NCBI GenBank assembly: GCA_965285935.1
Contig: OZ260661.1
Location: forward strand, 98,022,001-98,086,000
Length of the DNA: 64,000 nucleotides
Source of the DNA: Ophelia neglecta
Taxonomy: Eukaryota
Direction of reading: 5' to 3'
Shown: piece by piece, positions 25,701 to 40,700 of the stretch
How positions within the stretch are numbered: the stretch's first letter is position 1
Layout of the letters: each line of letters starts with the position of its first letter
Position numbers and translations under genes: made by a program
The notes under the pieces: model-generated
What the model was told of the DNA's origin: nothing
Seen by the model: only the letters and a program-made list of their open reading frames with translations
Database searches by the model: none

Positions 25701-28700
25701 TGAACCGTTGGAATTATTCCGCGCTCCGTGTACGTGAAGCTCCCCCTGTAGGCCTAATTATTTTCTCGTTTGACTCCAGCCAGTAAGAAGGCTTAGCCGT
25801 ATTGCACGCACGTTGTGATTAAGGCTTCTTGCTCGCCGAAATCATTAGACGCACGACACGACACAGTGCACTTTGTATTACAAATGGCATATTTGTACAT
25901 TATTCATTCATAACAATGAAATTCTGCGATTTAAGTCAATAACTATTTGCGTATGAAAACAATGCATACGATGACCACTATCATTGTTTAATAAACCTGT
26001 TTTAGCGTGTCGCCTCTTCATATCAGTCATTATGTAGGGGATATAGGGCGTGAATTATTTTGTTCATAATTATTGAGATATCTATTAGGTACATGCAGCA
26101 TCAAACTATTACTATATATTGTCGCGTCAAGGGAATGATACATGCAGCCTGGCGCTGTCGTGTAGGGATATCGGGCATGAAATACTGGCGCTCCTTTTCG
26201 CTTTCGGAGCATTATGTGGATTACTTGGCTATTCATTACATCGAATAATGCTACGTTACCAATACTTACCATTACGTGGAGTAGAAACACATCTGATAAT
26301 ATTATATTATTAATGGCAGCAACTATTGCGAATGGCAGTTAATGAATTAACATGGTGTCACAACTATCACAATAAAACGATATTAGATCTCACATATTTT
26401 TCGCAGCTGTGATCATCCTGTTATAGGGACACTAGTTGGTATAATATTCAACAGGTGAGGAAGGCTGCTATGTTATAACAGCGGATATGAGCACCAGCTT
26501 ATTGACTGTATTTAGACTTACATCCCTGGATTGTATAAAAAGTACCTTACATCCGAATATGTGAAATATAACGTTATATTAAACTTCCAATAATAAACAC
26601 CGGCTATAAGGGTTTGAAGGGGGGGGGGGTGTTAGATATATGACTATAAGCCTATCATTAACTTGACCTGGGATGTACTTCAAATGCATTATAATGTATC
26701 CATGGATACAGTATCATGATACAGATCATGTTACTGAAACGTTTAAACCGCGTCTTGATTCAAAATATGATATAGATGCCTCTTCTTCGATACACATTTC
26801 GGCCTATAACTGAATCACTCCTCCAAACGAACGCTGTTTATCGTCTGCCTATTATGAAATAAATGTTTTTAATAGAGCAATCGAGCATTAATATATTGCC
26901 TCAAGACCAATATTTTCCAAAGTCACCATAAAACACATTTAGACGGTGCCCTAATTGATGTGTGACAGAATACTAGTTAACATCAATACAATTTAACGGT
27001 ATAGTAAAAAGACGCAAAATTGTTCAGCCGCATTATTATTCTTTGGTCGTCTTTTTCCTGTGACCGCAACGTGGCGCTGCAAGTCGGGATTAACATAGCT
27101 GCGTTGAAAGTTCCGGGTTACGTGGACAGATATAATGGACTGGTCGATTTATTTTTATCTGCAGGGTATTAACTACTGTTTTTGTTTCAAATGGTGTGCC
27201 TCGTTACCGGATTCGTCGCTGGCCAATCATCTACTCTGCAGCTGCTAAACCGGCAACCAAACTTGTATGTGCGCAGTGCAGAATACATTTAGCGCGAACG
27301 ACACAGTTTGCCCATTTCAGAAACTAAATAATACTCGAGGAACCTACGGACATAAATTAGCGACCTACAGTGTACTCTTAGATCTTATGACAGAAATTGC
27401 ACCAATTACCCCTAACCTGCTCATCATGTAGGTATTTGACAATCAGGCAAATCTAAAGTAATTCGTTGATGCGCCTATACTCATAATACACAACAGTAGT
27501 TCAGGCTAAAGTTATTTTTTGATTTCAATAACGTTTCAGGCTATAGGTTGTACGCTAATAACATTCGTTATGGTGTCCTACAAGTACGTAAGTTGCGTAT
27601 CACTGAACTCGCCAGACGAGACTGGTCTTATTGTGGACGCCTCTTTACACGTTCGGCACTACTTTAGCCGCTGTAACGTGTCGAATTGGCCGTATCATCG
27701 GGATGCCGAAGGGATTTTAGCAGAAAACGACCCCTAACTGGTCAATCAAAGAGAACCTGGTAACCTACTCACACCAAAGGCGTGCAATAATACAATTGTA
27801 AATAGCTGGAAAACGTAAGAAGTCCCCACAAATGACATAAACTGAATAAACTAACAAGATACCACCGTAGGGCGAGGTCTAGGGCCGAGAAGTGTAAACA
27901 CTTGCCCAGCTTAATCTGCGCACACGTTTAAGGCAGGTGCGCCGCTTTCAAAAGGGGAACTTCTGGTAGTTTAAACAAATATCAGACGCGGAATATAATT
28001 GAATCTGGTTTAAAGCTTGACAGGTGTGTATCGTGCGATGGGACGAATTGAGACCTGTTTACGGTGGATAACGAAACCACCTGCTTTAAGGGACTTGCCC
28101 GAACGATAGACATAATCAAGCAGGAAGGCTAAAAGACACTGATACTTTATTAGTGGAAGTTGTATTCGGTAGCAGACTTCATCAGGCAGCAGAAGGTTAA
28201 TCTTGCCCACGTACCAGTACATAACTTTCAGACAACGTTACAAACCTGGCACAGTCATTGTTGTTTTCAGGCTAATAGTCAGACCAGCCTGCAACTGTTA
28301 CATGTAAACTACACGAGCAGATGTAATAATCTGACTGTTGGAGGATTTGTCGGTGATAACCGCCACTCACAAAGAAGGATATTACTTTTATTGCTAGTTT
28401 AGCGATAAGCGCAGACGACAGGTATAACAGGACAGTTTGTAGCGGCGTCACAGGCTCGAGGGTCGGCCGGTCAGATATTATGTTTACCCGCCTCCTCACA
28501 GTGTTTGATAGTCACACTAAATCCTCTTCGGCCGTCTGCTCCGGGCAGTAGAATGCGAGATATAATCACTCGTAGTGTACGTGAGGTGTTATCAGACGGA
28601 TAATGTGAGATGTTAATTGAAAAGGGTTTGGCTGTTTGGTCTACCACAGGCCGCATTAACCGAAACCTGTCATAAGAAGATGGCTCACCTCCATTGTTCC

Positions 28701-31700
28701 TTCAATTGCGAGCACTGACTTCAGGCTATTAACTTGTCCACGTCACAGAACGGAACCTAGTGCTCCGTGGGCCGAATATTTTTTGAAGGGAACATGGCAG
28801 TATCATATCTTTCAGGATAAAAATACGTAGTGGCTTGTTCTGAAATCTAGTTTGTTGTCGGCTCCGTGGAATGCTAATTTGTGTAGTTATATCGAAGTAT
28901 AGATAGATGAAACCAACCAAGAAACCCTAGCTGGAACAGTTTCACCAAGACCCAAGATCTGCTTGGTCTTATTCGCGCAGCGGAAAAGGAAATACGTAAT
29001 AGGCTTTCTGAACGTTTTTTGTGCGTGATCAATTTTATTAGACTTGGACGCGATTCATAGTCGATGCATTGCTTGTGCACGGCTGGCTTATGATTGTAGA
29101 AGTTCAACAGAAGACAGAAATGCGTTCCTGTACATGCTGTGCCACCTTATCTATCAGGATAATTCAGAAATGCCTTCTATTTGACAGAATATGTAAAAAC
29201 TTGGTTATTGACGATTGAGAAAGGAATGATTTTTACATGCATCGAGTATTTCATTCATGAAAGTTGCCACACTATGAAAAAACTTGACATATTCCACAGT
29301 TTTTTTTTATTTGTGAGGCTTAAATCTGAAGAAACATGTAACGATCAGCACTGGTAGCCCCTTCATCATCCGTCCACAGTCTCAGAAGTCCAGGGATAGT
29401 TGACAATGGCAGAGAAATTACAAACAAATGAGCTGAGTGGGAGCGGGTCAAAAGGCTCCTCGGCAGACGACTGCACGGCGTCCACAGCACTATCAGAGAG
29501 CACAGCTAGGGCAGACGAGCAGGTTAAGATTGATTTGCATTAATCTGGGGTTGTAGGAATATAAAAGCAAGAAATCCGCGCGGTTACACAAGCAATGAGC
29601 AGGTGATAAGAACAAGACTGTCGCTATGATGACCTCTTGTTCGCAGGCATTCATCTTCTTTGAAGTAGAGCCTGTGTCAGCGCTTTGTGCAGACAGTTGA
29701 ATGTCATTCATACTATTAAGGCTCCATGTTTATTTGGTGCACGCACACGGTAACCAGATTAGCAGTGTTTGAGATATGGAGCTATGTATGAAATACAAGA
29801 AGTAAACTTACTCGGATATCAATATGCTGGATTAGGCCACTTAGAACGTTTTAACAATTCATTCCTTCAAGATATATCTCTTCCACTACAGATAATATCT
29901 TGATCCCTAAAAATATAAGTTTCCCTTTCCCTCAAATAAATGTCTCTTACCTTCCAGAGAACTTTCTACTGTGGCTTGATTAGGCCACTGAGAATGTTTT
30001 TATGTCGTTCCCTCGATGTAGTTTCTCGTTCCCTGAAAATAGCTATCTCGTTCCTTCGTTTCCTCAAGATAATATCTCGTTTCTTCAAGATAACCGTATC
30101 GTTCCCTCAACACAAATATATTGTTCCCTCAAGATTACTGTCTCGTTCCCTCGCGGTAATAAGTATCTTGAGGAAAGGAGAACTTGACTCGAGCTAGGGA
30201 ACGATATTTTATCTTGATGGGCCAAGATAGCTATCTTTAAAGAACAAGATAATCATGATGTACGAACGAAAGGTTTATCTAGGGTGACCAGCTTGTTCCC
30301 TCGGGATAAATTTTTCTCTCCCTCAATATATAACTTTCTCTTTCCATAAACATAATATTTCGCTCCCTCAGGGTAACTCTCTCTGTCGCTCTAGATAATA
30401 TCTATCTGATTCTCATTAGATAATTATCTCGTTTTTGGCGTTATAAAAACGATCTCAGATGCTTAGTCCAGCCAGTATCGTGCGGTGTATGGTGGGTCTA
30501 GTACGTTTCCAGATAAAAAAGTTTTCTTCCATATTTATTTTCTATGTTTTTACACAATACAATGCCATACACTTGCATGACATACTAACCTTACCATTGG
30601 CCTGTAACATGCATTTAAATATCACATTGTCATCTCGGAGCAATGATTAGGATGGATACGTATGGGAGGAGTATGACGTTTTGGTGGTGTTTCGTTCATT
30701 GTAGGCCTGTAGCTAATGCAAATCTTACTCCAAGCATAAACATTGACGGCAATAATCTTCAGGGAATGATCTTTAATAATGTTCAATTAGCCACCTGATT
30801 ACGTCCCTTGCTTCCATATAAATCGCTCTAGGACATCTAGCCGCTGCACAGATTTACGTGTAGCTTCTACAATGATATCACCGATATAAAGGCTGTGCAA
30901 AGATTATTCAATTACACTATATTGTCCAATAGCGATACAAATATGTGTATATACGGAAAGTATAATTGTCAATTTAGACCTATTAATTCCAAATATTTTT
31001 AGTGGGATTGTACACGGAAAGGTTGACTAATTAGCAAATATTGATTTCGATCGAATATGCAGTAAAGAACTATCCGTAATTAACGAAAGAATGTAAGGTG
31101 GAATACGTGGAATGAAAGACGCGTTTAATAGCTTTTTCCAATCGTCTGTACCAACAAAGGCCAATGACCGAATACTTAATTGAGCTAATACTGTAAAGGA
31201 GCTCATGTTCGCGTCCAAGTAATCTCGCGCGTGCGCAGCCATGATTTCGATAAAACGCTAATAAATTTCATGCGTACTTAAAAAAAAGTCCAGTTAAAAG
31301 TGGCTAACGCGAATTAATGTAGGACCACGATATTAAATCGACGCGAGTGCGGATTTGTCAAAAGTCTGCTTACTGAATTTACGCGAACATTATCTCCACA
31401 AAATGATCTAAAAAAACACATAATTGTCTGTCTACATATTCAGGACTTTATTTCTCGACCCAGGCTACTAGATAATGTCCAACACTGCCAATGAGAAATC
31501 GGATCATGATATAATTCATATATCACTACCCTGGATGTCTATCTTATTCGGGGCGAAATTGACTGTAAACAGAAAATAAAGCCTGACACATCGGATAGAA
31601 TACGGTTTTTTTAGGATGATTTTGGAACTAAAGCCCTTTTATGAAATTATATCACGCAACAGAAGAGAATTTATAATAGAAAATTATACCGAAAGGACTG

Positions 31701-34700
31701 AGGGATATAGGTATTCGTTTAGAAAATAATCAAACAAATGTTTAAGTTGCGACTTACTACGTTCTGCTCCTTCCTCCATATCAAATACCGTGGTAATAGC
31801 ATGCCATATTATACAATTCACATTGTTAAGGCGTCGTGTTATATATAGCTAAGGGGGCAGAAATGTTGAAGCCAATTTGTGTTCCTTTTGGGTAAAAATT
31901 GGTGGAGATATAACATTTTATATTTAAACGTAGCTTGCAAGGCAATGCTGAGGTCATCAAATCAAGTTTGTCGGATGTCAGTCGTCGCGTCCGTCTACCC
32001 ACAATTCCTACTTTCGAAAAAAAAACATTTGTCGTACAACTTTAGCCTTACAAGTAAATGCATTAATAATGTTCTTCATTCGCATGTACATATAAAGGAT
32101 CAATGTCAGGTAACTTGTGTCGTAAACCAGTCACCGGTACATACATAATTAAAAAATCGTCTTCCCAAATCCGCTTGTATAAACCAATTGATTTTTGCAT
32201 CGGACTAAAAGTTGCAAGATAGACATGTTAAGTGTATTGACCACTGATAGGAAGTCAGATTTAAGGAATCAACTGGTGGGCGTCAAATTTCGCCCTTGAC
32301 CTCCTTTCTCAAGGTCATATTAAGAAAATCATGTCTTACGTTCACTAAACACGGCAAGATGGGCACGTAAAACGCCGTATGTTTTACATTTCCAGTCGAT
32401 TAAGAAGTGGCAATTTAAATATTTATCCGCTAATGAATAATAAAATTGGGAAAACAGTATGTGTTTAACAAACTTAAACACAATGTACTCAATTTGGCTG
32501 AAGAAAACTAATTAGAAATCTTTCATAATATTCTCAGTCTATATTAGAGAACAAAAAATGTAAAAAAAAACTCACATGGGAAGAAAAAAGTAGGGACTAA
32601 AAAGACTGGAAACAAATTTCATTTTTTCAGACAAATATCACATTTGCATGGACTCGTGAACTCCTATAATTGTTTGTTTAACGCGAAAGCAGGCGAATGT
32701 TTTTTAAATTATATTGGTGTTCAGGTAATTGTTTATTTATTATTGGTTTTGTCTGGCTTTCTTTTCCCATAGAAACTGCACTGGCCACCTTTCGATCTCA
32801 ACCGCTTTAATATTAAACATTGGCTGAATACAGGGCTACCTATCTTGAACAAACAAGTCCCCACTGCCAAGACAGCCTTAGTTATAGGAGAGGAATATGT
32901 GTATACAGTACAGCGAAAATAGTTGGTCTCAACTAGAGATAGTCGAACTCACACATAAAACATCCACTGATACAAGTCACATATGTTTTAGTCCATGCCT
33001 AGCGTGTAAGTGTGGGTCAGCGGATGAATACATAACGCACCCGCCCGGTCAAATTTAATAATCAGTTCTCGTCTGCTACACGTTTTATATATTACCAATT
33101 TTCTCGGTGTAGGCCTACTAGTTGTAACAACAACAGTAACGTTCACAAAAAATTTATTAAGAAAGCAATTATTTCCTAAAACCATGCTTAGTATAATATT
33201 TTTTTATTCCTAATCTTCTTTCATCCTTCTAGTTACAACGTGTTGTGGTTAGCGGTCGTCTGCCCGTATCCAAGGAGGAGGCGTCAACCTTGGCAGGTAT
33301 TCAGCTCCATCTGGAGGAGGCATGGCCGGAGGAGTTCCCAGACAATGGGCAGGAACCAGATGGCCAGGAACAGGACCAGCTCTTAAGGGTAACTACATGT
33401 ATTTACCACAAAACAAGGTTAAACTGGCTTTATGATAGATATAGACATGCCTAACTTACTAACCCCCAGCCAGACCCAGATAGACAAGTGATCCCTTCGG
33501 TCTTGTTAATGTTATTGAACGGTTTTGTTTTGAAGTATTTATAAGTGGGACTAGGTATGGAACATACCCGAATCTTATTTTGGTAATACGATAAACTATG
33601 TAGATAAAGAACGAATAACAATGACATATTAGATTACTAAACAATATTATGCGCAAACTCTATAAAATAGAATTCTATAGCGGCTGATCATATTCTTAAA
33701 GCACATGTTGTCTTCTTATTAAATACGTTGGCGATTGTATAGTATCATAACGATAACAGAACACACCTTATGTAAGATTAATAACCTACTGATTATTAAA
33801 TACCTTTTATCTGCAATGCACTATCAGCAAGAGATTTCACCAGTAGGAGTCAATTAAATAAAACGTACAATCATTGAATTATGTTGACACATCTCGGCTA
33901 AATAAGGTTTTCTTCGATCTTTCATCCCCGCGAAAGTTCTAGAATCATAGGGTACACCATGCAGTCAAAGTAGTCGTCTGCACTTTACAATCACGACATG
34001 TCGCTTCATGCCGACTGGTACTAAAACAGTGCAGATCGGGTCTCCCGTTGTGTCTTTGGCCTATTTTCTTTCTTCCCCGAAGAACTAATCATTGCCCTCC
34101 CATTATTTTACTCTCTTGAATGAATTATGTGCTCACGGGCCTCCTATAATGAAAGATACGGGATAACGTACAGTCTATGGATTTTAACTACCAATGTGAG
34201 AACGTGCATCGGTAAATGGAGGAATGGTAACTACAGTGAAACCTGTGAATTGGGACCACCCAATGAACTGATAAAAAAAAAACTTGTCTGATTATAGCGG
34301 TTGTCTGTTAAAACAGGTTATTTCATATTGAAATTATACATTGCGGCCTTCATATTTGTGGTCGTAATTGCTTGGTGGTCTTAATATAGAGGTGGTCTTT
34401 AAGGCTGGTTTCATTGTATACCAATAGGATGTCTTATGTCTTTGACCATACCTTGTCAGTAGGACTGGCAAAATGCTTGTGCCAGGAATGGGTCGTTTAT
34501 TTATTGAAATACACCCAAATAATTGCCATCTTTATAAATGGTAAAAAGCAGACATCACCTCTAATTTATATGCATACCTGGGATAATCTAATTCACTTTG
34601 CCCTAAGTGCCAATTTTCATTGTGGAACATTTATCAACACGTAATTTAATGCCAAGTGATTATTATTGTTTCCTTCTGGTGTGAAAATTATACACTATAT

Positions 34701-37700
34701 AAAGAATGGCCAAACAGCAAAGCCGTCAGGGAATGGTTTATAAAGAAAAACTGAATAAAAACCAATCAATATAAGATGCATACGAATTGTTTACTTGTGT
34801 AAAATCGTTTGAATTTGCCCTTGCTTTAAATCTTGCATAGCTAACCTTCAGGCAGAGGCAGAGATTGATTGGTCATAATGATGATAAAAAAAAGGTCGCA
34901 CAAGGGAAATGTTGGCCATGGATATAATTATGACAATATTTCGTACCAGACGCTCATTAAATCGTTGTCAAGATCCATCTTCCTTGTGCAGTTTAATGAA
35001 CCGAGATTTAGTACGAGAGAATTGATCTTGTTTAGTGCGTTCGGGCGTTCTGCGTGGGCATCAAGCGAGGTGGCAGGGTGTACATCGTGTATTTCTCTCC
35101 ATCTGTACCTTACCACTGAGGTGAATATACGACAGAGAACGGTGATTTTCTGTGGCCTACGGCTAGTATAGCCTGCCCAGTATTGATTCGCTAACTAATT
35201 AATGATGATCAAGTCTGCTCTGGCCCAGATTTGTGATGCCTATCTATATATAAGGATTGCACACATCTCGCCAGCCTACACTTCTTATAATGTGTACAGT
35301 CATTCTACCAGACGGAAATTTTTTGGAAAATTACTGACCATGCAGACGACATTTTGCCCACCTCACAGACATTTCTAGCCCGTGATACCACGCACTTGAT
35401 ACCTCAGTAGTCTTACTAATTCGTGTCCATCAGACCATTCTCTTCGTGTTGACATTCCCATGCTAAAAGCATGCACATTGAGTATTTCCAAAACCGGATA
35501 TCTTTTTTTTCTGGTATTTGTCGTTTCATTTCCTAATTCTCGTTCAAATACAAGTAATCTATGCAAAGAAAGTCGTGGGCACTCTGTGTTTTTAACAGTT
35601 TACCGTTACATGCAAGCTGGTCTTGTTCCGGCAAAATTGCCTCTATTGAGATCTGAATATCTGAATAGAAGCAAAAAGTTGTCTATGCTCCATGCAAGTG
35701 GACCTGTATACGTCCACAGACACCGACAAAGTCATTCGACTGTATAAAAATACATGTACTGGGGCGGGTAACCTTGGAGTAGATTCGGAAACAGAGAATC
35801 TGTACTATACAATACTTATCGGTGTGTTGGAAATAGCCGTATTTTAGTTAAAGGTAGTAAGATGACATTTAATGTTGTTGTCCAGATCCGTAGTGTTTGA
35901 GCCTATCACGTCTTAGTGTCTTATTTTTAGATTGAAGACGCTAATTGCAATGACAGCAAAGGGAAAAAGTCCATTTTAAGAAACTTAAACCGGCCTAAGC
36001 GGTTCGCCAGTAACCGACGAACTGGTCGTCTGACCAAAGGACTGCTGTGCATTGACGAGGAGGAGGGGACGCGGCTGTGCTTTCGGGTACCAGACGGCAG
36101 GATGGCCCAGGCTCTACCACCCGAGTACAGGACATCAAGACAAGTCCGACAACTCATCGAGGTAAGGACAGGTTATCTCCCCGTATTAATAACCTGGGAA
36201 AAATGTAATGTTCTAGAACATTCGCGTGACGAGGTTACTAAGTTCAGCCTATGGAAAACGAATTTGTAGGCATATAGAATTTTTTTAATGTCATTCACCT
36301 GCACTCCACTGGTAGTGTACCATGGTTTGTGTGTATTACACAGAACACAGGTACCTTTACAATAGCCGGTAGCTTGGTGTATTTACGACCTATTGACCCT
36401 TCGGTTAGTCAAATACGCTAGCCCCATGAACTTCAGTTTTATATCATATTGTAAATGTCATCTTCATACAGGAAAAACAAACCAAACTATGGCATACGAC
36501 ATACTACGACAATGAACTGAAGCTGAAGCAACTCTACATTAAGATATGCAAAAATCTGCCGGCATATGGATGTAAACTGTACCAGGTGAAAGAATTACGC
36601 AGAGGCAATACCCAGAGAAAGGTGAGCTATTTTACTCTATTATTATGGCTTTCATTATATATGATGAAGATGTGTATGTTCAGCTCAAACGTTCTTAAAT
36701 CTTAGCATTAATTCTCCAGTTTTTGCAGTATGTTTATGCATGAAAAATATCGCTATCGGGTAATGAAGGGAGCCATGCATTACTGGTGTTAATGCAAGAG
36801 GGCCGACAAGTGTACATTGACAGTGTACATTGGCATCTATTAACCCCGGCATCTATAGGTACCCAAAGAAGTACACATGTGTATTTTATGGTGTAATGGG
36901 CGAAAAATATATACGCGGTTTTACCAGTGAACGTTGTATTATTATTAAAACATAAATTGTCGTTCATTACATAGTCTTATAAGAATATGCCGAATTATAC
37001 AAATACAGGTATGGAATAAAAGTCAGGCCCATAGTTACTGAACGGCAAAAAATAGATTCATAATAGATTGAAATAAAAAACAATATTAGTACAATGGAAT
37101 AACAATAATGGTAAACCAAATAATATTACATTAAGAAGAATGACAAATTAATAAAGGATAGAACTAATAGAATGACAAATTAATAAAGGATAGAACTAAT
37201 GATGCTGTTAAACAGTTGTTCTAGCCAATACATTGTGAACATTTTAATGCCTAGCAATTAATGTGATTTTACAATAATATATTATAACTGTAATCAAATA
37301 ACAAATATAAGTAATATATAATAAATAAGGTTAAATATGGTAATTAACTTGGTTATAATAGTTACTTAATATTAAACAAGGCCTGGTGAGAAAGAAGAAT
37401 AAAAACACGAATAAATTAGTCTCAGTAAATTGAATAAATAAAGGTTATATGGTATAAATAGCTTTTTCAACATTACTCACTTTACAAAGGCCGCTGACTG
37501 TGATTGTTTAACGCATTCTAAACAGATATAACCGACACTGAGATAACCATAGGAACAAGGTCAACAACTAATTTAGGTGGATTCTTAAGTCACCCAAGAG
37601 AGTATTTGTAAACCACTGATTTAAACAGAGAAATAGACTATTGAAAACCCATATTAGCATGATATGTTATTAACACTGATGACCCCTTGGTATCTAACCG

Positions 37701-40700
37701 TTTTGCATAAATTGTACGTTGGTATTTTTGTATGCAAGGCATGCTAGCATTTCTTGTAGGTAAACGAGGTTATCAGAGTTCATAGAAACTATAGACTAGT
37801 GTTATTATACATGCGATTTATCTCAGCAATGATGCGAATGGCTTGTTTTTGTAATATTTCCAAAGGCTCCGGTTGAATATCAAAAGTACCCCAAACCTCG
37901 TCAAAACGAGATAGATAAGGGTAAAAAGAGGCTGAGGTGAAGTTTGTGTCTCGATCCAGGTGAAATTGTCTTCATAACTCAAGTTCGATGAAGGATTTTT
38001 TAAAGGTTATTGCTGTTCAAAGAGGATAATGGTCTGACATTTCTGGCAGTGCTCACAAATCACGTTTAAAGTGTAAACTGGATCAGTCTCCAGTGTGGAC
38101 AGTGGTCACCAGTTGCACGAGACCCCCCGTTACAGGGCTGAACGACTTCTCGTATGTGTTTCCTACAAGGTTGTAAAATTTCCAACAGCTAACCTAGCCT
38201 TGGCTATATGACCTGTGCCACCAGGCACATTTGGTAGTGTCCACCACTAAGTCTACCAGAGAAGATAAACTATTTTGTGTTATTAATGTTTGCTAATTTG
38301 GCAAATTATTAACAGTAGTTAATAGCCAAACACGTGACGAAAGATCTAAACATAAGATAGGGTGTAATTTCCCAAATTTACGATTAATGTGATAGGATTC
38401 GACATGTCGTTTAAAGATTGCTAGGGAATAATTAAAATAAAGAAGTCGCTCAGAAGAGACCTGGATAAAAACTAATATCCTAATATCTGACAAATCAGTA
38501 AACAAGGGTTGATATGACATATGGTATTTTAATATAGCTTGCATGACTCGTAAAGTGATTGGAACAGATTATTTAATTAAGGTTAAACCTAGTTTATACT
38601 AAGATGACTGAAGGTCGTAATGGTTCTTATACACATGTATAGCTTAATTTAGTTAATCCATATACAGTAGCTGTCTAGAGGACTGATTATAAGGTATAGA
38701 AAAAGAGTGCCCATCGAATTCTCCAGTCGCTTAGCCTCAGCCACAGTTCACTGCTCTCTTATCTACACAGGTCAACGGAGGTAGATCAAGCTAGCATCCA
38801 TACCCCAAAGAACCATACAGTTATAGACATTATAAGAAAAAAGAAATGTGATATAACTGGTTCGGCCTATTTTACCTAAGATTAGGGGTTCTCTGTGTTT
38901 AATGTATAAAAATCTAACAAGATTGAATATTAATTATACCATTGTCTCATCAAGGTATCTCGGCTTTTGTGCATTGGAAGTGAGAAGATCGCGCTGCTGG
39001 ACTGTAAGACGAAGCTGACAATTAACTCGCACCCTATTAAGGATCTTCAAGAATGGAGCACGGGCGTCGGTAAGGCCCATGACGGGCTCTCTCTCGAGTT
39101 CCGCGGCTCTCGAGCCTGGACGCTGCTGGCTCCGTCCATCGAGAACCTCAAGTCTGTTACCGCTTCCCTCTGGGAAGTAATGGGTGGTGACAGTCGCCGC
39201 TTTGACAGTCTTCCCCTGCAGAGAAATGTCCTGAACTTCGGTAAGAGGTTGCTAAGCTTCAACTAGCTTTAGTTAGCTCAGTCAAGTGGTGTTTAGCTAG
39301 AGAGATTTATCGCGGTACGGTGCCTAAAATAACATCTTAGCCCATTATCTATTGGTAGAAAACAATTCCCAGTGATGAATCATGCCATCGCAAGCTCAGC
39401 GCCTGCCACAAATTGTCATTATTTTAGTCATGCTTAGCGGATCACGCATAGTGTGTAGTCATATAGGCTTACATGACGTTAACTGATCATGTATTTTTTG
39501 TATCAGATTACGGCCGAAGGCAGGTTTCAATGGGAAGTGATATGGAGAAATGTATTGTCTACTCTCAAGAGCTTCGCGAGTTGCAGAAGATCCTCCATTT
39601 TCCCGAGGAGCTTGCCCTGCGGATGGCCGAGACAGAATACAGTTTATTTAACCAGGTGCCCCCGATGATGTATATCAGACACGTCACCACCGATCTGACC
39701 AAAACACCGGACAGTAAGCCCGACTACCCAAGAGAAAAGAGAACTCCCTCCATGCAAGATCTCATACAGCGTTTTTCCGAAGTTAGTTCGTGGATAACAC
39801 ATATCATTGTAACCCAGCCCACCCACGAAGACCGGAAGGCCGCGTTGTCCTGTATACTAAGACTACTGGAAACCTGCTGGAACACGGGAAACTTCAATGG
39901 CGCCGTGGAGATACTGGCCGGACTCAAGTAGGCACACTTTATCCTAGTAGTAGTACACTTTACTCAATTCGTAAAGGGAATCATTATTACTATACCGCAT
40001 AGCTAGAATGTGGTTCGTCTAGATTTTCTCAGCAATAAAGCAGGCAATAACGAAAAAATCATGAATAAGTATTGTGAAAAAATGGTATACCTTCCAGCTT
40101 TAGGTCTTTGTAGTGTGTACTGTATTGTCATTTTATGGCAGAATTTATAATTAGGGTGGTAATAAGAACTGCATTATTTTCAACAAATGACTCGCTTTAG
40201 TGGTTCCGATCATTGACACAATGCAAATAAAGATAGATAGAGTATCTCCCAAACCAATAAACGCTGGGATGATAAATGTGTAACGGTCTACTCAAAACGG
40301 ACAGTCGCTAACTAAACAAATGTATGCTTTAGGTCTGAAAAGCTCAAACCATTCTGGCTGTCCATATCTGATGAGGACTTGACCATACTGAACACCTTGT
40401 CCGACTACCTGCTGTCGCCGGAACCTACCAAGGAGTACAAAGACGCCGTGACGCGCGCTATGGACATACCCGGATGTAAAGTCATACCGTTCTTCGGCGG
40501 CTTCCTCCACGACCTTAGGATGGTCTTCAGCGGTATACCTAGTATGGTAGTCATTCCTAACGAGTTCGGTCAAAGTATTGAGGTAATGTATAGGTCTCGT
40601 GAGATGTAATTACATTATTGTCATGACAGACTCATTTTGACAGACAGGTCCGAATGGTCTTTCAGAATGACGTATATAGAGTAGGCCTATTTTTCCAGAA

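Noticed and set aside
35200-35340. ATGATGA...CTGA as a possible C/D box snoRNA
   Set aside because: No terminal stem or recognisable rRNA antisense element; such boxes are common by chance.
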